34,957 nt of DNA, taken from contig CAJNYD010000464.1 of NCBI GenBank assembly GCA_905331295.1, forward strand, positions 62,001 to 96,957. The letters run 5' to 3'. A program made the translations under genes and the position numbers. The stretch comes from Rotaria socialis (taxonomy: Eukaryota). The notes beneath the pieces are model-generated. The model was not told the origin of the DNA and searched no databases. It saw only the letters and a list, made by a program, of their open reading frames with translations. This document shows, in pieces, positions 11,504-22,570 of the stretch (positions are counted from its first letter, which is position 1; every line of letters starts with the position of its first letter).

Positions 11504-13054
11504 ATGACTTCTAACTTATCTTCGTCTTTCACATCATCAATGACTTCATTTTTATGCGATTTGATACGCATTCGGTCAGTTTGTGGAATCGATGCTGAAC
11601 GTTTTGTTGCTCAAAGAATTTTGGTTGAATGCCAAAGTTTAAAATTAAAATGTGATTTAGTATCAGCGCCCAATGAAGAGCATCGACCAAATGTAATTGT
11701 TACTGCTGGCATGTCTCACTATTTATTTTACAAGTAAAATTTACCATTTAGTTTAAATGTATTTTAGGAAACGGTCCTTCAAAGTTTTTGTTTGTCGGTC
11801 ACATGGATACGGTCAATGTTGAAGATGAAACTCAATGGTCGTTTCCACCATTCGCTGGTGCGATTGATGACAAAACTCAACGACTTATCGGACGTGGTTC
11901 ATGTGACAACAAAGGTGGAATTGTCTGTGCGTTATATGCATTGTATTTGCTTCAACAATTTATTGATGGTTAGATGATTATTTGATAAATAAACGTCTTT
12001 GCAATATACATGATAATTTAGAGAAAAGCTTGAATGTGAGTATTCAATTAGCATGTGTCGTTGATGAAGAAAGTGGTGCTTGTTCATCCATTGGTGTTCG
12101 TCATTTATTAGATAGAAAGCTAATTTCAGGTTCTGGTGCTATCTACGTTTATCCAGGTATCAATGTCACCATTGGACATCGAGGATTGTTAAGACTAGAA
12201 ATTAACGTCAAGGGTGAAAACGTCCATACGGGAACTGTAGAATGGAATACTAAAACGAAAGGAGCTAATGCGGTTCGTTTCTGTATTTTTGTTTTATATC
12301 TAATTTGATGTGTTGCTTTCAAATAGTCAACTGCTTTAGCTCGAATTTTAATAGCATTGGAAGATTATGCGTGGAGCAACGATACAGATCCATCATTTCC
12401 TGATTTAACATTGAACGTAACTCCAGGTACGATTAAATTCTGTTTATTATCGCTCATGTAGTGATATGATCATTCTATCTTCCTCACATAATCGACATTT
12501 TAAAATAGACAATAATAATGAATCTGTCCAGAAATAACCAGAGTTTGATTATAGGTACGATCTTAAATGGTGGTGGTTTTGCATCTGTCGTTCCGTCGAA
12601 TGCATCAGCTATGGTTGACATTCGTCTAATGCCATCAACGTCTGCTGATGATATTTTGAAAAAAATTGAAGACATTACGAAAATTATAATTAATGAACGA
12701 AATGAGTTTTATCATAAAATGACACGCGATACAACCTCATCTGTTCGATTATCGGCATCTATTACAATTAAAAATCAATTACCAGCTGCAACAATTGATT
12801 CAAGGCATCCGTTAGTTCTCTCGTGTGTGAATGCTGTTAAAAGGGTACTCAACATTATTCCTACAACCAATGGATGCGGTCCAGCTAACGAAGGATATAT
12901 GTTAATTGGCAGTGGTATTCCAACGATATGTGGATTTGGACCAATTGGAGGCAATGTTCATGGAGTAGACGAGTGGATATCAGTTCCATCGATGGCTCAG
13001 ACAGTAGATATTTACGTTGATATTGTCTCCAATTTTTGTCAGTTATGTGTATAA
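11504..13054 (+). CDS. Peptidase M20 family (ArgE/DapE-like) metallo-amidohydrolase, ~418 aa
   Basis: Exons 11504-11708, 11768-11968, 12022-12272, 12327-12426 and 12555-13054 give 1257 nt in frame. Motifs GHMDTV, GRGSCDNKGG, VDEE, GHRG, H-T-G..GANA and FGP..HGVDE are present. Confidence 0.9.
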
Positions 13055-14818
13055 TTGTTGTTCTTTGACGATTTTCATATATTTCAATGTCACATCTTTC
13101 TTCTGTCATTACTAACTGTTACAAAATACTAAGTGGCAATCAATTACCTTTGTGTGGGAGTTTTGTTTCCTTGCATAAAATTTTACTAATTTTCATTTTT
13201 ATATACGTAGCGATGTCCCCATACTTTCTTACCAATTATTGAAGAGTTTCTTTTCTCAATTTGATTTTCATTCAGAATTTTATTTCTAACCCAAATTGAA
13301 GCTATATTGTCAAACACGAGTGTTTACAGAAACATCTAAAAAAGAATACGAACATATCATAAAACTGACTTTTTCATATGTATTCTCCTCTAAAACGCTA
13401 CCCTTCAAAGTTAAAACTAAAACCGCCTATCGAGTTTGCCCTCGCTAATTAGAGATTTTACCGAAAATTTTCACGTAACTTATTTTTGCATCATTTAAGT
13501 GATGCCAAATCATATCTGTGTGTTCCCCATTTTAGCCTCAAAGTGGTTGTGATAATAAGTTTCTTTTTCTCTGATCATGCATCGTAAATCTCTCTAATTC
13601 ATCTAACTAGAGTAAATGTACGATTATTTTCGAATAGACTAAACACTACAGTTTTTTATCGTCAATTGAATATAATAACCTCTGAGAAAGCTAAACACAA
13701 TTCTTTCTTCACAAAAGAGCTACGTTGAGGATGATACATAGTCAGATAAATGATCGTCATAAGGCAGCATACGCAGTTATCCCAGAGACATGTCATTTGT
13801 TACAAATCCGCTGACGTTTCTTTGAGAAAGTGATTATGGCTAAAGCCGTAAATCCAAACGATCAGGATTCAAATAACAGTACGTAGACAAATCTTAATCG
13901 TTAATATGAGACATAATGAATATAAATATTCTTGACATTTTTACAGCTGAATCTGTATTAAATTTCATTCGTAATTATTGTAGAAGAGATATTGGCGAAT
14001 AGCATTGTATATATCAACAGTGATCAAAACGCGCTGCTCTTCATATCCAATTAACAAGTTTTAAAAAGTCATTGTTAATTAATTTTTTTGGAAAATAATA
14101 AATACAATATTTTATTGAAATAATCATGTATATATATTCGATTTGCCTTGTCCGATATGGCGTACATTGAAAACAAAATTGTCAGTGAAAAAACCCACGC
14201 ATGAAAGGCATTTCAGCCAATTTTTTTCCTTGATGATGTTTTATAGTGATTAACCATCACAGACTTGTATGTAACTAATAGTTGTTGTTTGCTCTAGTAT
14301 TTTCGAGTAGCTGATCAGTTATTTTCTTTTCTTGTTGATATGTATTTGTACGCGTTTGAAACTGGCACGTTAATACGTGTACCCTATGTGATTATTTCAC
14401 TGCAACTGATTGGTTTGTTATCAAATTCCCCACAAACTCATAAACCAACGACTAATACTTGTAGAAACCGGGGGCGAGTGTGGATGGTTGTGAGTCAACA
14501 TAAATTGAGGAAGGTCTCATTGAACAATAATTCGAATTGCGTTTAATTGTTCAGACCTATATTCAGTATTTACATTTCTACGTTCCGAATGGACATTTAT
14601 GCGGGCGACTAAATGTAGCTATAATATGTTGAATGAAATGTATTTTGTTCCGCCCAATCCAGAAAACAAAAGTATTTCGGAAAAAATATTTTTGAGCAAT
14701 GAATTATCTTCTCTTGAATCACACTCACATTCTTCATTTCTGCCTGTCGATCATTTATGAAATTCCATGTGAATGTGTTTCAATCGATATAAGCTCTTTT
14801 CTTACGCTTGCTCATACT

Positions 14819-15347
14819 GTCATCGTCGCATTATCTATTATTGAAAAGAACGAAATATGCTATTTCTCTCTGATTGCTTACCAGATGGTTTCAATCTCAT
14901 CATGGGTGGATACATGATAGAGTGAGAAATGTAAAGTAAAGAGAAACAAGCTAATGAAGACGGTGTGGTCGAAAAGCATCTTGTTGTTGGTGATTATTAG
15001 GTAAGTAATATACTATAATGATCTTAAAACGATGTAATCTTGGAGTTTTTTAGTCTTTCATTCTGAAAATGATTAACTTCCTAGTTGCTACTAATCTATC
15101 AGTGGCGNGTCATCGTCGCATTATCTATTATTGAAAAGAACGAAATATGCTATTTCTCTCTGATTGCTTACCAGATGGTTTCAATCTCATCATGGGTGGA
15201 TACATGACAGAGTGAGAAATGTGAAGTAAAGAGAAACAAGCTAATGAAGACGGTGTGGTCGAAAAGCATCTTGTTGTTGGTGATTATTAGGTAAGTAATA
15301 TACTATAATGATCTTAAAACGATGTAATCTTGGAGTTTTTTAGTCTT
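14819..15347. repeat. 239-bp direct duplication (14819-15057 / 15109-15347) around an N, with a 55-bp inverted copy of 17106-17160
   Basis: The two copies differ at 2 positions. 15053-15107 is the exact reverse complement of 17106-17160, and there is an N at 15108. Probably an assembly or chimera artefact. Confidence 0.85.
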
Positions 15348-16960
15348 ACATGTATGTTTTCTATTGTTTATACTTTTCTCTATCCACCACTACTTAGCGT
15401 ATTCGAGGAAACCAGAGCTCAGATATGTCTAGGTACCAGTCAATACAATCAATGCTCATCGAACACTGCATGCGCCTGTCTTCCTCTGATAAATACTGTC
15501 AACGAGGGTGTCTGTGCTTATCTTCATGTCAAATGTTCCGAATTGATATCGTGTGCTAACGATAATCGAACATGCTATCGACCTGGCCATCTATGTGTGA
15601 ACCATTCGCGATGGCACAGTGCTCCAATATGTTATCCAATGGACATGACTCTTCAAATGTTCTGCCCACCAGTACCATCCATGACGAGTAAGTAATTGAA
15701 ATGAAGAATTTCATGTATTTGTCTCTTTATCTACTAGCTCCACAACCGCCAGTGATACCCAGCGATGGTATTTGTGCAAATGCGACATAGAACCAGAATG
15801 GAGTCATTGTAGCTGGAGGAAACGGAGATGGATCCGCATTGAACCAGTTCTCTTGGCCCTATGGATTATTTGCGGATGCTGATGCGTCTGTTTCCGTTGC
15901 AGATTATTACAATGATCGAGTAGTCAAATGGGGGTCTGGAGCATCGACTGGTGAAGTGGCGGCTGGTGGAAATGGGAAAGGCAACCAGACTAACCAATTA
16001 AATGGTGCTGCATCGATCACATATGACGTTATTCGAAGTGTAAAAGCAGCGAAGTCTCGACACTCGACCGTACTGAATGAAGACAAAGAACACTACACGA
16101 TTTTTGAGCTGACAAAAGTTGTCATTAACAAAAATGGAACAATGTTTATTTGTGATCATAATAACAAGCGAGTTCAACGATGGTTTAAAAATGACACTCA
16201 CGGACAAACAATTATTGCGAACATCTCATGTTGGGGACTGGCAATGGGCAATGAAGGATCGTTGTATGTCTCCGACAATGAACATCGTGTAACGAAATGG
16301 CCCAGTGGTCAAACAGTCGCTGGTGGGCATGTACAAGGGCCAGCGCTGAGTCAACTCGGACAACCTATCCCCTATCCATTTATTCGTCGATGAGAATCAG
16401 TCAGTTTTCGTCGCCGATGCACTTCATAATCGTGTGATGCAATGGCCACTCGGTGCCAAAGAAGGCATTCTTGTAGCTGGTGCAAATGAGGTGGAGAGTA
16501 GTGTCGATTATTTGAGTAGTAGGTAACGTTCAGAAATAATGTTAATTGCTAGATTAGTATTGCGTCAACGAGTGAATGAGAAACAATACGTATACATGGA
16601 ATCATTCAACCCACTGCTGGGATCCTTGATCATATGGGCACCTTTTATGTGGCTGACTATAATAATCATCGTATCGTGCGTTGGTTCAATGGCTCTACAT
16701 CGGGCAATGTCATTATGGCTGAACAAGGTGTCGGCATTGGAATCCCTCAAGTGCCATATCCGTATGATTTGGCATTTGGCCGTCAAGGAAATCTGTATGT
16801 AACTGAATTACTCAATAGTCGCATTCAAATGTTCCCTATTGATAAAAGTTCTTGTGTCAAAGGTACGTGCCAACATTTTTCTTATCAGTGGAACGATCAA
16901 CATTTGTTTCTGTATTCTTTAGATAGTGTCGACTTAGTGCAAAACTCATTTTTACTATGA
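15244..16960 (+). pseudogene. Secreted Cys-rich domain + NHL-repeat beta-propeller protein, disrupted
   Basis: Signal peptide exon 15244-15290 (MKTVWSKSILLLVIIS) and Cys-rich exon 15398-15687. The NHL exon starts at 15738 ('VAGGNG..LNQFSWPYGLF..VADYYNDRVVKW'). Lesions: TAG at 15788-15790 where Trp is expected, a 7-bp duplication frameshift at 16364-16377, and insertions at ~16010-16111 and ~16521-16609. The last intron is 16863-16922. Confidence 0.85.
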
Positions 16961-18233
16961 AAGAAAAACGTAAAGGAGTAAATGTACTACCTACCCCATG
17001 TCATTTATTTTTGATTTTGTACAAAGATCAATAAACTAATTGCTGACGGTTTTTTTATATTATTTATTTGCCGGTCCCTTTTTATCTTGAGGGTGTGGAT
17101 GTAACCGCCACTGATAGATTAGTAGCAACTAGGAAGTTAATCATTTTCAGAATGAAAGACGAACAAAAAAATTATCATTACTAACTTTGGGATCAAATTA
17201 ACTTACGAATCCTAACCTGTAACTACTATTTCTCGTTATCGTAAGCATTAACCTAGATTTGTCTATAGTTGTATATGCTAATAAACAATTCCTTATTTAT
17301 TGTCACAATATCAAAATAACTATACTTTACATTTAACTCTAACGTTATCGCTAACCAATCACACAATGGTTCATTCATAGGAGTTTTCATGTGCGAAAAT
17401 GCGCGCTTACTCCTGATTTGTCTGACCTTTATCTTCTGCTTGTTGTATCCGTCTCTTCTTCTCCTTCCTGGTTGCATATAAATAAGTATGTCTACGATGT
17501 TTTCTGTGCTATTGATGACATGAATAAACGAAGAGATTAGCCCATCGGAAATATGAATATTATATAGAACCAAACAAATGGCTAGCCTACGACATTGGGT
17601 ATCATAGAATTAAATGTTCCACACGTAATGAACATTATTACTATCATACCTTTTTTTCTGTCTCAGTGCATTCCAAATCTCTATTCTTCTTATCAAATTA
17701 ACACATGGAAATATATTTTTCGCTTATTCTAATCACAGTTTCGTCACATTCATATATAAAAAGTAAGAACTATCTTATTAGTCTTTTTTTTTGATGAGCG
17801 AGAAAATGTTTTTTGCATGAAAACACAATTGAAAGCGAATGAATTTGTTTACAATTTATTATCATACCGTTTAGACAAGAAAAAAGGTCAAACATATGGT
17901 GTGAATGGAGACGCTTGAGCTAATCCGCATAATTTATACCATCCATGGCGATTCTAAATAGAAGTTGTTACGAAAGATTTCCTCGTAAACAATCAATCTA
18001 AGCTGTTAATTATAGAAACGATAAGTATGTGCCAATCTGTCGTAGTTTCCTTTTCTTAGATCGATAATAATTATATGTACTATTATAGTTAGAATCTAAA
18101 ATATTAGAATGGTTTAAGAACGCTGAAACCTAAGGGAGGATCAAAACCTCGACTTAACCTAACAATCACTATTATTTTCTACTATTCTAGATTTTAGTTA
18201 ATAGAAGCTACGATAAATTTAATAAAAAATACA

Positions 18234-19334
18234 ATGCCGAGTAATTCGAGCAATCCTAACGTTGACCGTAGTCTTAATTATATTATTCTTTTCCGTCTTG
18301 TTGTTTGGGGACATGCTTGCTTGGCATTAAGTTTATTTGGTATCGTCGGAAATATTATAACGATAATTGTGCTAATGTCACCATCATTACGTATAATATC
18401 AACAAATATGTATTTAATTGCATTATCATGTTCAAATATTCTTTTTCTTCTTATATTTATCCCGTCCTATCCTGTAAGATATTTACTAGGTTATAGCGCA
18501 TACATAACAAAACAACCTGTATTGACAGTGGAAATTCTTCTCACACGTTTACCAACTACGGTCGTATATAATACAATACTCTGATCAATTATATGTTTAG
18601 CAATAGGTTTGCCAATTGATCGTCTCATATCAATTAAATTTCCATCAAAATCAAAACATATATTAACAAAACGAGTCACTTTAATGACGATATTATTCAT
18701 TTATATCTTTTCTATTGTGTATTGCACACCGTATTTGTTAGAACAAAGTTATGTACCAGAATTAAAACAATGTCATCTTACAAATATAGGTAAAAAATTC
18801 ATAAATATATAAGAATATATATTTATATACTATTATAGTTGTTTATGCGATACCAATTGCTACATTAACATGTATCAATATAGCAGTAATAAAGCATTTA
18901 ATTAAAACAAAACGCCAGAAACAAAGCTTATGCGAAGCAACAAATGAGAAAATACAGACTGATTATCATATAACGTTAATGGTCGTATGTATCACAATTG
19001 CGTTTGTTTTTGTCAAACATCCTTATCTGTATTAAACGTCTGGTATGTTATTGATCCACATGGTTCAATTAAAAGTTTAAAATTTCTTATACTAAATACC
19101 ATTACAATTATATTAGTTGTTTTTTATATATCAACAAACTTTTTACTTTATTTTGTTTTTGGTAAAAAAATTCGATTAACATTAATTCAATATGTTTCAA
19201 ATATTTTTTCAAAACATCCACAATCAACATTTACTACAATTAATCTTCAAGGCTCAAATGTGCAAAAAACTATTGCTGACGATACATATCAATCAGCGTA
19301 TAACGAAAATCAAATAACGCTATCAACGATGTAA
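18234..19334 (+). pseudogene. Rhodopsin-family (peptide-receptor-like) GPCR, intronless, disrupted
   Basis: TM1 'GIVGNII', TM2 'NMYLIALSCSN', TM3 'IDRLISIKFP', TM5 'YAIPIATLTCIN' and TM7 'STNFLLYFVFGKKIR'. Stops at 18582-18584 and 18810-18812, with frame changes near 18830 and 19005. Confidence 0.85.
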
Positions 19335-20087
19335 TAAACAAAACAAATTATACCTATACCCCGGTGCTATGTTAATAAAATGAACAAAGAGACATTTTTA
19401 TTTTTCCTGTAAATTATCTTAGAAGCCTAATACTATTTCTATTCAAAGTATTTCATTAGCATTGATAAATAAATAAAAGTTTCTGCGCAAAACCTTTATT
19501 CATTTTTCAACCATCTCAAAGTATTCTAGTTGCGTGGAAAACTATGAGGTAGGATCGAAATATTGTGCTCTTTCCGAATATGGGTTCAAAAATGTTGTGT
19601 CTGTCGTTGTGCAAGAGTTGCGACAAAATCGATGAAAATTCCATAAAAATTTGTTTGCGTGACGAACAAACAGGCATTTGATAGTCCCGTAAGCCCATTT
19701 TTCAAAGCTGCTAAAAACGGTTGAATGTGGTAGTTTTGTAAAGTGAACCTATAAGCATCTTTTCGGAAGATGCTTCTATATAAAAAACAGCCTCAAATAG
19801 TGCATTTTGTAGGACAGCATTTATTCTACAATCTGATATAGGAAACAATGTTTCAACATAGGCTTTCGGATCCCAATAATGCAAATACAAAAATGGGTGT
19901 GGGTGAGTGTTGATTGAGAAAGGGGTCAAAACGCACTGGGACTCTTCCACAGCCTCAAAATATGTAGAAAGGTGAAATTCGCACCAGTAATCTTTCAATT
20001 TATTCAGTCAAGATCAAGATTAAGTAACTTTATTTAAAATCAAGCTTTTGATAAAAAACACACATTCTATTCATGCCGCCGTTCAAA

Positions 20088-21917
20088 TCATTTACGAGAA
20101 AAAGGGCTGTTTTTTCTCTTGTTTCCCAATGGTTTAGGAGCAAAAGTTTGCCAGTAGGAATCGTCAAATGCAGTTTTATCCATCCAAACCGTCATTTTAG
20201 AAGCCTTTATAGAAAAAAGAAATTGAGTTTGTTTCTGTAAATCGTATGATCGCCTTGTCGTTGAGTCTTCGTCAAAACGATTGATATAATAGTCTTTCGT
20301 TTCGAAAGTCAGACTACGAAGATATTTTAAATATTTCTTGATTAATGGAACATTATATAAGCTTTTTGTATTAATATTTAGATGTTCCAGATATGGAAAG
20401 CATTTACCAATAAGAATAATATCTTGTTCGTTGAAAGTATGCTCACAATGAGATATGTCAAGGTGCTTTACACGCATGTTTGTTGCTTTAAAAGCACCTA
20501 TATTAACTACGAGCAGATCGAAGCTTATATAAAGAAAATTAATATTCGTGACAAATGAAACTAATTTAGTTAATGTTTCGGCTTTTTTCTCTGGAGCCGT
20601 AATAATGAGTTCCTTGATACCACCACAATTTACATACTTAGTTAACCATGGCATCAGTGATTGTTCTATATTATCCATTAGCAGACTCTTCACATTGCCA
20701 AAGTAGTAATTATGCAATATAGTATTATTGCTGTCTACTAGTTGCCAACTGATATTTGTATTGACTTTCACAAGTTCATTCTTAGAAGTACGATCAGGTG
20801 CTGTCCAACAGCAAGTAACTGGTTGATCGAATTCAGTTTTATTTAAGAGCGCTATGCTATCAATGTTAGAGATAGGGCGAAGTCGATTGTTATGCTCAGT
20901 TATCATTATATTGAAATTTTTCTTCGCTATCCAATATGAAGTTTGAAAGGAAGCGAGCACATTTTCGATTCCAGTTTTTTCTATACCAGATACGGTGGCT
21001 CGAATGTGAAAAAGAGTGAGTAATGGTAATGATGTTTCGAAGCATATCTTCCATGCGTCAGCATCTATTAATACACCGTGTGCTCTAATTTCAAGACGAT
21101 TTAAAATAGGCATACGATTAAAATACGGTGTTAACATCTGAATCGTGACGGAACTGTCTTTTGGAAATGACAAAATCAAAGTATGTAGTGCAGATGCTGT
21201 GGTATTGTTCATTTTAAGATTTATCTTTGTATCATGATAGCGGTTGTATCCTTGATCGATATTTTCAACATGAAGATATTTAAGACGAGGAGCAAGTTTG
21301 AAAATAGCAAAGAGATCATCAAGCGCAAAATTCATACCAGAAATCGTCAAATATTGAATATTAGACTGGTGTCGCGCCAAATTGCTCCATTCGAATCTAT
21401 ATAAATCGCTCCTAAGAGTGAATCGTTTAAGTGATTCTAACGTAAACATACGTCGAATAGTATATTCGATATTAGACCCGTTGTTCATATTGACTGCTGT
21501 GATTGACAATGTTTCGATATTGCTGCGTAATAATGAATTGAGAGCCCAATATATAAGAAGTTCACTGACAATTCCACAATCAAAATCAAAATAAAGTGTT
21601 CGTAGTTGGCGAAATAAGGTGAGGCTTGGAAAAAATGACAGAAACGCTTGGACTTGACCAGGCGTTTCTCGTTCTGATATAGCTAACTGTTCGATTTTGT
21701 CTATATAGGCTGGTAAAAGTCCCATGCAGATACGAAAGTCATCTTTGTGACATTGAATAAAATTAAAACGAAGTCGTTGTGACCGACTGATAATTGCATC
21801 GAAACGTTGATTCAGTTGATAGCTGAAGGCTCTCAGTAGATCCACTCCATTAATATATTTCTCAATAATATCACACAGTATTTCGTTTGGAAGCGATTCG
21901 AGTTTTGACAGAGACAT
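20088..21917 (-). CDS. F-box + LRR-like protein, 609 aa
   Basis: N-terminal F-box 'KLESLPNEILCDIIEKYINGVDLLRAFSYQLNQRFDAII' followed by many LxxLxL repeats. The ORF is uninterrupted, and a splice acceptor (TTTTCATAG) directly precedes the ATG, suggesting a 5'UTR intron. Confidence 0.88.
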   Translation of the reverse strand: MSLSKLESLPNEILCDIIEKYINGVDLLRAFSYQLNQRFDAIISRSQRLRFNFIQCHKDDFRICMGLLPAYIDKIEQLAISERETPGQVQAFLSFFPSLTLFRQLRTLYFDFDCGIVSELLIYWALNSLLRSNIETLSITAVNMNNGSNIEYTIRRMFTLESLKRFTLRSDLYRFEWSNLARHQSNIQYLTISGMNFALDDLFAIFKLAPRLKYLHVENIDQGYNRYHDTKINLKMNNTTASALHTLILSFPKDSSVTIQMLTPYFNRMPILNRLEIRAHGVLIDADAWKICFETSLPLLTLFHIRATVSGIEKTGIENVLASFQTSYWIAKKNFNIMITEHNNRLRPISNIDSIALLNKTEFDQPVTCCWTAPDRTSKNELVKVNTNISWQLVDSNNTILHNYYFGNVKSLLMDNIEQSLMPWLTKYVNCGGIKELIITAPEKKAETLTKLVSFVTNINFLYISFDLLVVNIGAFKATNMRVKHLDISHCEHTFNEQDIILIGKCFPYLEHLNINTKSLYNVPLIKKYLKYLRSLTFETKDYYINRFDEDSTTRRSYDLQKQTQFLFSIKASKMTVWMDKTAFDDSYWQTFAPKPLGNKRKNSPFSRK

Positions 21918-22570
21918 CTATGAAAATGAAAAATAACACGAGTAATCTACAAGTTACGATAAAATATCTTTTTAGTAATGTGTTGTTTTACCGTTTTTGT
22001 TTTTCTCCAGCCGATAAAAATAAAAATGTTGGTTCGCATTGATGTGAAGAGCTTTGTTGTATTAGTCATACTATTTTGTATTTGCATAGGTTTGTTGTCG
22101 GCAGAAGAGATGGGCGTGGGTGTGTCATAGCTACCCCAATACCAGGTATTTTAATATTGCTGAAATAATCTCATCAAACATCACAAATAAATTTGGTCAA
22201 TAGATTTAAAAAAATATCAATAAAAATGCATTTGGATGCGATGTTGAACACTGACTTTACTTACATCAATTAACATTTGACCGCATAAATCAACTTCCAC
22301 TGCTTTATTTTTTTCTCAATTATTTCAAAAATAAATTCATAGATTCACTCATTTGTAGCAATTCAATTCGTCATTGTTGTTTGTCATTTTCTCTATCTTC
22401 AAAAACTTGAAGATTTGATGCTATCACTAGTTTTGTTTTGGTAAAGATGCATTTATTTAGCGAAATTTAAAAAAAAAGGAATCAGGCCAAAAACGAAAGA
22501 TAATACTAAGATAAAATTCAGCCAATGCCAAAATCAAGCTGTGGCGACTAGCATTCCTTGCTTATTATTA

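Noticed and set aside
14954..15000. Second signal-peptide exon suggesting alternative first exons for the NHL gene
   Set aside because: It lies in the near-identical duplication beside the N, so it is most likely an assembly or haplotype artefact.
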